A DNA stretch of 64,000 bases from Desulfomicrobium sp. (GCA_040768745.1 JAXGMI010000002.1:128001-192000); one strand, 5' to 3'; shown: positions 42,205-51,597, numbered from the stretch's first letter. Made by a program: numbers and translations. Notes: a model not told the origin generated them from the sequence alone.

Positions 42205-42939
42205 GGGTCATGACTAGAACAGCGGATAACAAATCTGCTAGGATCGAGTCATGGCAAGGGTTAATAAGTACGCAAATCGTTCAAAAATTTCAGAGGCCAA
42301 ATTCAGGCAATTCTTGAAGCTCTTTTCCTTTGATCTGGATGCATCCCAGATCGCCCTGGTGACTGGCCTAAACAGAAATACCGTGAACAGGTATCTCATG
42401 GCCTTGCGCCAACGAATCGCTGAGTACTGCGAGCGACAAGCCCCAGTTCTCGGGGAAATCGAAGTTGATGAAAGCTACTTCGGGCCTCGCCGAGTCAAAG
42501 GACTCCGAGGTCGTGGCGCAAGCAGTAAAACCATTGTGTTTGGCATCTTCAAGCGCCAAGGCCAAGTCTATACCGAGATCGTGCCTGATTGCAGCCGTGC
42601 CACACTTCAGGCGGTTATCCGAGGTCGAGTCAGCGTCGAAAGCGTCATCCATTCCGATGGATGGCGCGGCTATAACGGCCTGGTGGATATAGGGTACCAG
42701 AAGCATTTCAGGGTCAACCACGGAGACAATGAATTTGCCAATGAACGTAGCCATATCAATGGCATAGAAAGCTTTTGGGGCTATTCGAAAACTCGCCTTG
42801 CCAAGTTCAGAGGTGTCAGCAAGGTAACCTTTTTCTTGCATTTGAAAGATGCGAATTTCGATTTAACAATAGGGGCCAGAACATCTATAAAGTCCTGCTC
42901 AAAATCATCAGGACAAACCCGCTGTTCTAGTCATGACCC
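42205..42939 (+). mobile_element. IS1595-family element (IS1016-like), 735 bp
   Basis: Perfect 21-bp IR GGGTCATGACTAGAACAGCGG; 8-bp TSD AAAATAAT at 42197-42204 and 42940-42947. Confidence 0.95.
42251..42930 (+). pseudogene. IS1595 transposase with -1 bp frameshift near 42848
   Basis: EVDESYFG, HSDGW and HINGIESFW are present. The expected KECEFRFN...PLF* lies in a shifted frame, and the called ORF runs out past the IR. Confidence 0.8.
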
Positions 42940-43052
42940 AAAATAATTTAGTCCATGACTCTGATTTCGTCCACAATATCTTGCAGAGAAAAAATATCGG
43001 ACCTGCCCAGGGGCTGGCTGGAGTGGAAGGCCCTTGATGTTCACATCTTGGA

Positions 43053-45009
43053 CAGGAGTTTCGAAAGTTTCTGGCCAAATGAATCGATTATCTCCAACAA
43101 TACAGCATATAGCTTTTGATTTTCTGTAAGACCCCACGCTCGACTTCATAGCCGAACGCAGCCAGGACCCTGGCCTGATCCGGCGTTGGCTCCTCGATCA
43201 TCCGCCATGCCTTTTCCTTCTCTCCGTTCCAGCACAGGCACGAATGCAGATTACGCATGAGGTCCATGGTCCGCTGCGCGGTCATATGGATGCCGGCGTC
43301 TTCCAGCTTCAGCTCGATCAGGCGCAGATAGGCCAAGGCTACGATGCAGCTCAGGAAATGGCACCTGATTTTCGAATCGGTCCAGTGCCGTATCGGGAAC
43401 ATGCTGACCAGGTCATCGTCCTTGGTCTGACGGAACGCCTGTTCCACGATGTATCTGTCCAGGCTGGCCTGGACGATCTCGTCCGTGCTCCAATCGGCGT
43501 GGTCGGTAATGAGGATGTTCTTGCCGAACCTGTCGATATGCCGGCTGATGCGGTAGTAGTTCTTGCGGAAACCCAGGATGGTCTGCCCGTCCTTGCGTTC
43601 AAAGGTCAGGTCGTACAGGTCCTTGGGCAGATGCAGGTCTTCGCAAACCTGTTCATACCGTTCCCGCACCTTGGCTTCCTGTCTCCAGCCCCGGGCATCC
43701 TCCCGGACCTTGCCCCGGATTTCGTACAGCGCGGCCTGGAGCTTTTGCAGCTTGGCTTCGAAGGCATATCGCTGCTTGGTCGCCGTGAGCGGGTTGTACG
43801 TCACGACGACGGTGCGTTCCCGGCCCCAGTATTCTCCGGTCGTGCGCCAGGCCGACAGGAGATCGTCCTCGCGGCCCTGGGCCTTGAGTTCCCGGTTGTG
43901 TACAGTCTCGACGGCCGAGAACTGGTCACGTCCGGCATGAATGAGTTCTTCGGCGAAATATGGGGAATACGTGGTGATGAAGTGGGCGCCGTCCGTGGCG
44001 TCAATGGCGCAGATGTTCTCCGGAGAGTTCATGCCCTTGTCGAAGACGATGGTCACGTCCTTTTGTCCGCAACCCTGCATTGTCGCGCAAACTTCGTCGA
44101 TGATCGACTGGAACAAGCGTGAATCATGTCGGTTGCCTTCGTATTCGCGGTAAAAGAACGGCAGCCGGGTTTGCCTGTCGACCAGCAGGGCCAGCCCGAC
44201 CTGCCTGGGCCAGTCCCGTCCTTCCTTGTTCTTGCCGCGTTTGGCCAGTTCCGACTCGGTATCGCTGGCCATGAACGTGAAGTAGTTGGTGGTGTCGAAC
44301 AGGAAGCATCCCGAGGTCGAAGGCCGCAGTTCCGCAATCCTGGCAAAGAGCTTCTGGGCGATGTCGCGCAGATGCTTCTCCTCCACCAATCCCCATTTGC
44401 GCCAATAGCCATCTGAATCCAGCGCCTGGATATCGGCGGCTCGAATGGACTGGATGGCCGTATGGGCGAACCATTCCGGCAGCGCCCGTTTGGACGTGGC
44501 GTCGACCATGCGGTTGAAGGCGGCGTAGAGAAAGTACTCACCGACGCTTGGCCCGGAATCCTTGGATTTCTGCGGGACGATCCCGTCAATGATCCCGGTC
44601 ACGCCGACCATCTTTTCGATCTCGTTTGCCAGCCACAACGCGCCGAACTCCTGGACCTGAATGCGACTCAGGTCCGTAGACTTCTGCCCAGTGACCAGGC
44701 TGAGAATCTTTTCCACTGTGCCGAGGTAGACCTGATTCACAACCTTGGGCTTGCCGTTCACACGGGCAATCTCGCGGATGTAGAAGTAGGGTCTTCCGTT
44801 TTTCATTTTCTTATGGAGGTGCGCCATGTCTCGGCCATACCATAAGGGTCTTATACATGCAATAAAAATCGTTCTTTTTTGGTGAAAAATCAGCAAGTTG
44901 TGTCGTGGAAAAACGGGAAAAGAAGAGGGTCTTACAGCAAATATAAAGATAATAGCCTGGAATTATGAAGAAAATAGACAAGGTTCAGGAGAATTTTTCG
45001 AAACTCCTG
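43053..45009 (-). mobile_element. IS1634-family element
   Basis: IR (GA)CAGGAGTTTCGAAA at 43051-43066 and TTTCGAAACTCCTG(TC) at 44996-45011. Symmetric internal IR GGGTCTTACAG about 71 bp inside each end. Exact ends are +/-2 bp. Confidence 0.85.
43088..44827 (-). CDS. IS1634-family DDE transposase
   Basis: LFDTTNY, RGKNKEGR, YEGNRHD, VFDKGM, VEQAFR, PIRHWTDSKIRCH. Confidence 0.9.
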   Translation of the reverse strand: MAHLHKKMKNGRPYFYIREIARVNGKPKVVNQVYLGTVEKILSLVTGQKSTDLSRIQVQEFGALWLANEIEKMVGVTGIIDGIVPQKSKDSGPSVGEYFLYAAFNRMVDATSKRALPEWFAHTAIQSIRAADIQALDSDGYWRKWGLVEEKHLRDIAQKLFARIAELRPSTSGCFLFDTTNYFTFMASDTESELAKRGKNKEGRDWPRQVGLALLVDRQTRLPFFYREYEGNRHDSRLFQSIIDEVCATMQGCGQKDVTIVFDKGMNSPENICAIDATDGAHFITTYSPYFAEELIHAGRDQFSAVETVHNRELKAQGREDDLLSAWRTTGEYWGRERTVVVTYNPLTATKQRYAFEAKLQKLQAALYEIRGKVREDARGWRQEAKVRERYEQVCEDLHLPKDLYDLTFERKDGQTILGFRKNYYRISRHIDRFGKNILITDHADWSTDEIVQASLDRYIVEQAFRQTKDDDLVSMFPIRHWTDSKIRCHFLSCIVALAYLRLIELKLEDAGIHMTAQRTMDLMRNLHSCLCWNGEKEKAWRMIEEPTPDQARVLAAFGYEVERGVLQKIKSYMLYCWR

Positions 45010-45507
45010 TCAGATCATCCCCGTTTTCTGCAGGGCCTTGGCTGCAAACAGCCCGCCCACGGCCCCGCCCACGGCCTGGATCAGGTTGGCCGGGATCTCG
45101 GCCACGGCACCCTGCAGTCCGATGTTGGGCATCAGCGTTTCCCCAATGAAATACACGGCCACCATGGCCGTCCCTCCGAGGCCCAGCAGCATGTAACGTC
45201 CAGTTCCGGTTCTGTTGGCGGCCATGGCCGCTGCAGCTGCTTCCGCGCCCTTGGCCATGAGGGTCAGGGGGGCGAAGACAGCGAAGCCGCCAAAGACGTC
45301 GGCCAGGGCTGAGCCGATGCCGGCCGCGCCAAAGGCCCACAGGATGCCCTGGCGCGGCTGCAGGAATCCCAGCACCAGACCGCCGAAGACCACCGCCACG
45401 TCCCCGACGTTAAAATACCCGCGGCTGGGCAGTGGCACGCGCACAAAGAGGGTGATCAGGCAGGTAAGGGCTACGATGGACAGGGCTGCGATGCGGATAT
45501 TCTTCAT
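45010..45507 (-). CDS. ECF transporter S component
   Basis: VPLPSRGYFNVGD, GIGSALAD...FAPLTLMAKG, EIPANLIQ; about 5-6 TM helices; GAGGA RBS. Confidence 0.85.
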   Translation of the reverse strand: MKNIRIAALSIVALTCLITLFVRVPLPSRGYFNVGDVAVVFGGLVLGFLQPRQGILWAFGAAGIGSALADVFGGFAVFAPLTLMAKGAEAAAAAMAANRTGTGRYMLLGLGGTAMVAVYFIGETLMPNIGLQGAVAEIPANLIQAVGGAVGGLFAAKALQKTGMI

Positions 45508-46100
45508 TGCTGTTTCCTCACATACGAACGTCGATGCTCTATGAGCGTCACGGTTTTTTCGGTTTCCCGGTACAGGCTGATGTACGCGGCCACAATGACC
45601 CCGCCTAGCCGCTGCAGCTTGGCCCAGCGCCTGCCTTCGAAATGAGGGGAAAGGTCCATGAAAAAGCGGTGCCGGTGCAGGACGGGAGTACATTTTTCCA
45701 TGACCGCCTTCAAGACGATGGCCAGGCGTCGTACCCTGTTGGGCAGGGGCAGGATGACAATGTCACGGAAAGTGATGGCCTGCAGGCAAAGCTTCACGGC
45801 CAGGACGGAATTGGGAAAGACCAAGGCCTTGATCAGGGAGTCCGCCAGCCAGTCCGATCGGCCCAAGAGTCCCATCCACTGGAAGAGGGCGCCGAAGGCC
45901 AGGAGAGAGAGGACAAAGGGCAGGACAAAACCGAAAACCTGCCGCGTGCCCTTTATTCCCCCCTTGAATGTGTTGATAACCAACAGTCCGATCAGCAACG
46001 CGGCTTGGATGTCGATGTGTTCATACCAGGGGCCATAGACCAGAAGCCTGAAATAGAGGCCCAGCGCAAGGAGGATGGCCGCGAGCTTGAGGACTACCAT
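45504..46100 (-). CDS. Divergent ECF transmembrane (EcfT/CbiQ-like) component
   Basis: N-terminal TM helices, then two amphipathic helices ending IEHRR, compared with the EcfT xRx motif. Position within the operon supports the call. Confidence 0.6.
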   Translation of the reverse strand: MVVLKLAAILLALGLYFRLLVYGPWYEHIDIQAALLIGLLVINTFKGGIKGTRQVFGFVLPFVLSLLAFGALFQWMGLLGRSDWLADSLIKALVFPNSVLAVKLCLQAITFRDIVILPLPNRVRRLAIVLKAVMEKCTPVLHRHRFFMDLSPHFEGRRWAKLQRLGGVIVAAYISLYRETEKTVTLIEHRRSYVRKQQ

Positions 46101-46609
46101 GCCTGCTCCAGGCGCACGTCCACGTCAGGGCCCGCGTTTGTGCGTTCGAAAAGGAGCCGGAACCCTCGCCTGTGCTGCGTCCTGGGCCGGGTTTCGCACA
46201 GGTGGGAAACTTTCACCACCCAGGAAAAGTCGAGCCGGTCCAAGGTCTCTCTCTGCTCTGGACGCAGGTATTTCTCGAATTCATCGAGAATGAGTGTGTC
46301 CCGGCTTGGGCAGGCCTGAATCCAGGCCAGGGCTAGGCTGGTGATGCCGACTGGAACCTCCTGTCCCAGCAGGGCCAGGGTCGCGGCCATGGTGTGGCGC
46401 TGCAGATCCATGTCCTGGGCCAGGTAGAGGATCCGGTGTGTGGATCGTGCTGACGGAATGAGCACGCGTTCCAAAAAAGTGCTCTTTCCTGCCCCGTTTT
46501 CACCGCACAGCACGAGCAGCGATCCGGAAGCCAGAGCCAGAGGTGCGGTCAGGTGGAAGCGCAGCCCGGCGTTTGCTGCTTCATGGATGCCTGCGGGAAG
46601 CTCAAGCAT
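46094..46609 (-). CDS. Truncated ABC ATPase: Walker A, Q-loop, Walker B and H-switch without signature
   Basis: GENGAGKST, YLAQD, LILDE, VSH; only 171 aa; no LSGG-like motif. Confidence 0.75.
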   Translation of the reverse strand: MLELPAGIHEAANAGLRFHLTAPLALASGSLLVLCGENGAGKSTFLERVLIPSARSTHRILYLAQDMDLQRHTMAATLALLGQEVPVGITSLALAWIQACPSRDTLILDEFEKYLRPEQRETLDRLDFSWVVKVSHLCETRPRTQHRRGFRLLFERTNAGPDVDVRLEQAW

Positions 46610-46997
46610 GGATGGCCCTTGGTCCGCTGGGTGTGAGGGTGAAAAGAGTGGCCGCCGGAAGCATGGTCGCGAATTTCAGGAGCAGGAGCTCTCGGTTCTT
46701 CGGGGACAGGGTTTCCAGCACACGGACCAGCATGATCTGCAGTGGATCCCGGGGCAGCAGGCGCATGAGCAGCAGGCAGCACAGTATGGCCTGTTCTCCC
46801 CCGGAGTAGGAATCGAGCCTGCGCCCGCGATCCGGCACAAAGCCGAAAGAAAGCGCATCGGTTTTCAGGTCCGCAAAAAGAGCATCTCCGGCTCCAAGGA
46901 CCAGGATCTCGTCTTCCAGGGTGGCGCAGACAAACAGGCTGTGGATGTCGATGACGCAGTATCCGGCGCCGAATTCCGCGATGGTGTCGTGAGTCAT
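46602..46997 (-). CDS. EcfA-derived helical-subdomain/signature protein lacking Walker A
   Basis: LFVCATLEDEI (cf. EcfA QLFxxTVEEEV), LDSYSGGEQ signature, LSPKNRELL (D-loop-like). Start may be 47006 or 47012. Confidence 0.65.
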   Translation of the reverse strand: MTHDTIAEFGAGYCVIDIHSLFVCATLEDEILVLGAGDALFADLKTDALSFGFVPDRGRRLDSYSGGEQAILCCLLLMRLLPRDPLQIMLVRVLETLSPKNRELLLLKFATMLPAATLFTLTPSGPRAIHA

Positions 46998-47065
46998 GCC
47001 GGGCATGTGCACTGCGTCCTGGTTGTGCTTGACGGGCTGAAAAAGGGATGCAAAAGACCTAGGCC

Positions 47066-47488
47066 ATGATCAAATACAGTGTCGAATGCTGGCTTTACAA
47101 CCCCCTGACCGACCGTTTTCTGCTCCTGCGCTGTCCCCAGACCTACCGCCATGACGAGTACTGGCAACCCGTGACCGGAGGGCGCGGTCCCGGAGAGCCC
47201 TGCATCGAGGCCTGCCTTCGGGAAGTGCAGGAGGAAACAGGGTTTGCCCTGGTTCCTGAGCAGTTGGAAGTGGTTATCCCCGAATTCACCTTCTGCATTC
47301 CCGATGCCCGCATCGAACTGCACAAGCCCGTCTATCTGGCCCGGGTCACAACCGAGCACGTGGTCATTTCCCCGGAGCATATCGCCTACTACTGGTTTGA
47401 CGCCGACCAGGTGGAGTCCCGTCTGCATTGGGATTCCAACCGGGAATCTTTTCGTCAGGTCCTGAACTATTCCCGCCTGCCTTGCTGA
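47066..47488 (+). CDS. NUDIX hydrolase (NudB-like)
   Basis: LLLR...WQPVTGG...GE...ACLREVQEETG, ISPEH..Y.W, SNR. Confidence 0.85.
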   Translation: MIKYSVECWLYNPLTDRFLLLRCPQTYRHDEYWQPVTGGRGPGEPCIEACLREVQEETGFALVPEQLEVVIPEFTFCIPDARIELHKPVYLARVTTEHVVISPEHIAYYWFDADQVESRLHWDSNRESFRQVLNYSRLPC

Positions 47489-48063
47489 CCATTCAGCAGT
47501 TCCTCCAGATACGCAACCACTTCGGGGGCATCCCACTGGGCCATGCCCGTGTGCTTGAATACCAGTCTCCCTTCCCGGTCGAAAATAAAGGTCGTGGGGA
47601 GGCCGGGGACCGTCAGCTCTGCAGGTACATCTGATGTGAAGACGTAGAGGGGCATGGCTACGGTCTTGGGAAAAGGATGGGAGCGGACATCCACGAGCAC
47701 CTCATCGCTGATACACAGAATGGCTATGTCCGGACGGTCGTGAAACCGTTTCCACAAATTTTCCAAGGACGGCATCTCCGCGCGGCACGGAGGGCACCAT
47801 GTGGCCCACAGGTTGAGCAGCACGACACTTCCGCGCAGGCTGTGCAGCCTGCGCGTCTGTCCTGCCAGGTCAGAAAATTCTGCCGCGAGCTCCCAGAGCC
47901 GCGAGCCGACAGGCACGGAGGATGCGCCCAGTGTCATTTCGGTGTTGCCTTCCTCCTGCGCGAAACTGCTCATGAACAGCAGCCCGGCCCCTGCTTCCAG
48001 CAGCAAAAGACAGAGGGCGCCGCTCAGGAATCCCGCGATGGATGTATTGGTGAAGATGGACAT
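47467..48063 (-). CDS. TlpA-family thiol:disulfide reductase
   Basis: NLWATWCPPCRAEMPSL, GLPTTFIFDREG. Confidence 0.9.
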   Translation of the reverse strand: MSIFTNTSIAGFLSGALCLLLLEAGAGLLFMSSFAQEEGNTEMTLGASSVPVGSRLWELAAEFSDLAGQTRRLHSLRGSVVLLNLWATWCPPCRAEMPSLENLWKRFHDRPDIAILCISDEVLVDVRSHPFPKTVAMPLYVFTSDVPAELTVPGLPTTFIFDREGRLVFKHTGMAQWDAPEVVAYLEELLNGQQGRRE

Positions 48064-48069
48064 AGGCGT

Positions 48070-48846
48070 TCAGGGGGTCGGTGGTTGAGATTCGGTCAAA
48101 CCAAGGTCAGCCTTGAGGGCGGCAACTTCCTCCTCAGCCAGGTGCCGCCATGCGCCGGGCTCCAGGTCGCCAAGCCGCAAGGGGCCGATGGCCACACGTC
48201 GCAGGCGCAGGATGGTCAGATGGAGATCCCGAAACATGCGTCGGATCTGCCGGTTTACTCCCTGGCGCAGGGTCAGGCGCAACAGGGTCTTGCCGTCAGG
48301 CTGGACCGAGGCCATGACCGCCACGGGGCTCAGCCGCTCGCCCTCCTGGAGGCGCATGCCCGAGCGCATGATCTTTTGGGCCTGTTCCGAAACGTGCTCC
48401 CGGACCAGGACCTCGTACACCTTGGGGTGCTCGTGGCGGGGGTGAGTCAGGCGCAGGGTGACCTCGCCATCGTTGGTCAGCAGCAGCAGCCCTTCGGACA
48501 TGTAGTCCAGGCGGCCCACAGGGAACAGCCGGAGGGCGCGCAGCTCGTCGGGCAACAGTTCCAGGACCGTGGGACGTCCCTGGGGGTCGCGGACTGTGGT
48601 CACGGTATGCACGGGTTTGTTCAGAATCACGTATTCCAGCTGTTTTCCGGCCAGGGGCGGATGGACTGTCTGACCGTTGACCTGGACCTTGTCCTGCATC
48701 GGCACAACCCGCACGCCCGGCTCGCGCTGGACGTGGCCGTTGACCTGCACGCGTCCGGCCAGGATCAGCTCGTCCGCACCGCGGCGGGAGGAAAGGCCGG
48801 CATCGGCCAGGAATTTGTTGAGGCGCACGGGGGTGTTGGCGGGCAT
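48070..48846 (-). CDS. rluB: rRNA pseudouridine synthase (RluB/RsuA family)
   Basis: RLNKFLA...SRR S4 domain, FPVGRLD, GLLLLTNDG, NRQIRRM. Confidence 0.88.
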   Translation of the reverse strand: MPANTPVRLNKFLADAGLSSRRGADELILAGRVQVNGHVQREPGVRVVPMQDKVQVNGQTVHPPLAGKQLEYVILNKPVHTVTTVRDPQGRPTVLELLPDELRALRLFPVGRLDYMSEGLLLLTNDGEVTLRLTHPRHEHPKVYEVLVREHVSEQAQKIMRSGMRLQEGERLSPVAVMASVQPDGKTLLRLTLRQGVNRQIRRMFRDLHLTILRLRRVAIGPLRLGDLEPGAWRHLAEEEVAALKADLGLTESQPPTP

Positions 48847-48923
48847 GGCGAAGCAATAGAGAGAACCCTGTTTCAGGGCAAGCAAAAAGCCGTGGAAAGT
48901 GCGCGTGCCAGGAGTAGGCAGGC

Positions 48924-49547
48924 TTATTTGTGATTGATGTCCGTTCCGCGATCCAGGTCGCGAAAGGTCTTTGGTTCCTCGGCGCTGCGGGTGATGCACA
49001 GATCATGGATCAGGCCGTTGGAAATGGAGTAGATCCAGCCGTGCAGGTAGAGGATCCGGCCCCGGTTCCAGGCTTTGCGCACGATGCTGTTCTGGGCCAG
49101 ATGGCGGACCTGCAGACGGACATTCAGTTCGCACAGATCATCCAGACTGGGATGGGAAGTCGCCTCCATGAGGTGCTTCACGTTTTCCAACCAATGTTCG
49201 AGCAGGCCGGTGGTTTGGTCCTTCATGACCGCCTCGATCCCCCCGCACCCGTAATGCCCGCAGACGATGATGTGCTTCACTCGCAGCACGTCAATGGCGT
49301 ATTGCAGGACGCACATGAGGTTGATGTCCGTGTTGATGACCTGGTTGGAGATGTTGCGGTGCACGAAGACCTCGCCCGGCATGACGCCGATGAGCTGGTC
49401 AGCGGGCACGCGGCTGTCGGAGCAGCCGATCCACAGGAACTTGGGCTTGTGCTGGTTCTCCAGCTTGCGGAAGAAGCCGGGAATGTTCTTTTCGACGTTC
49501 TGGGCCCAGATCCGGTTGTTGTCGAGCAGCTTGGCGATTTCTTTCAT
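48924..49547 (-). CDS. can: Beta-class carbonic anhydrase
   Basis: WIGCSDSRVP, VHRNI, CGHYGCGG. Confidence 0.93.
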   Translation of the reverse strand: MKEIAKLLDNNRIWAQNVEKNIPGFFRKLENQHKPKFLWIGCSDSRVPADQLIGVMPGEVFVHRNISNQVINTDINLMCVLQYAIDVLRVKHIIVCGHYGCGGIEAVMKDQTTGLLEHWLENVKHLMEATSHPSLDDLCELNVRLQVRHLAQNSIVRKAWNRGRILYLHGWIYSISNGLIHDLCITRSAEEPKTFRDLDRGTDINHK

Positions 49548-49806
49548 GTCATTCATCCGTTGGGGGCTGGTGCGTACTGATTGTTTACTCATTTTGTCCG
49601 GATCGCGCAATGCGTCTCCCGTACCCGGAAACGATCGGGGCGCACGGGTGGACCAAAAGCGCGGGTTGGGCTAGACTGGTAGTCTGCTGGAAGGAATCGT
49701 CATCTTATCCCGGCAGCGCCGCAGCCCCCTCCACGCCTTTGCATCATGCTCCCTTCCGCCGGCTACGGGCGTGGAACCCGTTCACCACAATCCCTGTGAG
49801 GTTGCA

Positions 49807-51597
49807 ATGAACCTGGACAGTTCACGATGGTGCGCGCGCACCTTCATCGCGGAACACGCCGGCGTCTTCGACGTGGTCAGGACCGCCCCCGACCTCGACG
49901 CGGCGCGCAAGGCGCTCTATCTTTTCGTGACCGAGCGTCAGTATCTGATCCTCTTCGACGACCGCCAGCACAACTCCTTCGAGATGACGGTGGCCCGGGA
50001 CTGCGCCCGCGTCCTGCGCGCGGTTCTGGCCAGAGGCTCCGACGCCCGGGCCGGCTTCAGCGTGGCCCAGACCCTGTGGGACCTGGCCCGCGGCGTGGAG
50101 CGCGCGGACCTGACGGTCGGCTTTTTCGCCGAGCTGTCGCACCTTTTCCACGGCCTGAACGGCACGCCCCTGGATGTAACCCCCGAACCCTCGGACCGGG
50201 ACGGGGTCAGCGGGCGCGAGGCCGCCGTGGCCAGGTCCCTTGAACTCGACCGCATCTGGGAGGGTATCGAGCAGGCCATGGCGCGCTACGAATCGGGCCT
50301 TGAACCGGCCTCCATGGACCGGCGCAGGCAGCGCAGGCAGGAGCTCCAGGCCCTGCTCGGGGCATCGGACCGCGAGTGGGAGGACTGGCGCTGGCAGGTG
50401 CGCAACATCATTGAGGACGCCGACGGCCTGGCTGCGGCCGTCAACCTGCGCGATGACGAGCGGGCCGCCGTAACGCAGGCGGTCCGGACGAAGCAGCCTT
50501 TCGGGATCACACCGTATTACTCCTCCCTCATGGACAACGACCCCGAAACCGGCCGCGACCGGGCCGTACGCTCCCAGGTCATCCCGCCGGTCTCCTACGT
50601 GAAGTGCATGGCCGCCCACGGCGACAGCCGGTCCGAGGCCTTCGACTTCATGCGCGAGGCCGACACGTCGCCCATTGATCTCGTCACGCGGCGCTACCCA
50701 GCAATCGTCATCCTCAAGCCCTTCAACACCTGTCCGCAGATCTGCGTCTACTGCCAGCGCAACTGGGAGATCGAGCGGGCCATGGCGCCGGGGGCCATGG
50801 CGTCCCGGGCCGACCTGGAGAGCGCCGTGGAGTGGGTCAGACGGCACCCGGCCATCAAGGAGGTCCTGGTCACGGGCGGCGACCCCCTGGCCATGGGCGA
50901 CGGTCCCCTGGATCGCATCCTGAAAAGCGTCGCGGACATCCCCCACGTGGAGCTCATCCGCATCGGCACGCGTACGCCCGTGACCCTGCCCATGCGCATC
51001 ACGCCGGGGCTGGCCCGCATGCTCGGCTCCTTCCGCGAGCCCGGGGTGCGCGACGTCTGCCTGGTCACCCACGTGGAGCATGTTTCGGAAGTGACGCCGG
51101 AATTCGTGACCGCCGTGGACAGGCTCAAACGGCAGGGCGTGAGCGTCTACAACCAGCTCGTCTTCACGTTTCACGTCTCCCGGCGCTTCGAGGCCGCGGC
51201 CCTGCGGCGGCTCCTGCGCAGATGCGGGGTGGAGCCCTATTACACCTTCGCGCCCAAGGGCAAGGAGGAGACGGAAGACTACCGCGTGCCCATCGCCCGC
51301 ATTCTGCAGGAGCAGCAGGAGGAGGCGCGCCTGCTGCCGGGCATGCGCCGCACCGACGCGCCCGTCTTCAACGTGCCGGGCCTGGGCAAGAACCACCTGC
51401 GCGCCGCCCAGAACCGCGACGTGGTGTCCATCCTGCCCGACGGCTCGCGGGTCTACGAGTTCCACCCGTGGGAGAAGAACATCGTCGAGCGCGACTCCTA
51501 CGTCGGTCAGGACGTGCCGATACTGACGTATCTTGAGCGCCTGGCCGCCATCGGTGAGGATCCGGACGAGTATTCGAGCATCTGGTACTATTATTAG
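49807..51597 (+). CDS. KamA-family radical SAM protein (lysine 2,3-aminomutase-like), long form
   Basis: WEDWRWQ, ITPYY, CPQICVYCQR, LVTGGDPL, RIGTRTP, PYY, PGLGK. Confidence 0.88.
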   Translation: MNLDSSRWCARTFIAEHAGVFDVVRTAPDLDAARKALYLFVTERQYLILFDDRQHNSFEMTVARDCARVLRAVLARGSDARAGFSVAQTLWDLARGVERADLTVGFFAELSHLFHGLNGTPLDVTPEPSDRDGVSGREAAVARSLELDRIWEGIEQAMARYESGLEPASMDRRRQRRQELQALLGASDREWEDWRWQVRNIIEDADGLAAAVNLRDDERAAVTQAVRTKQPFGITPYYSSLMDNDPETGRDRAVRSQVIPPVSYVKCMAAHGDSRSEAFDFMREADTSPIDLVTRRYPAIVILKPFNTCPQICVYCQRNWEIERAMAPGAMASRADLESAVEWVRRHPAIKEVLVTGGDPLAMGDGPLDRILKSVADIPHVELIRIGTRTPVTLPMRITPGLARMLGSFREPGVRDVCLVTHVEHVSEVTPEFVTAVDRLKRQGVSVYNQLVFTFHVSRRFEAAALRRLLRRCGVEPYYTFAPKGKEETEDYRVPIARILQEQQEEARLLPGMRRTDAPVFNVPGLGKNHLRAAQNRDVVSILPDGSRVYEFHPWEKNIVERDSYVGQDVPILTYLERLAAIGEDPDEYSSIWYYY

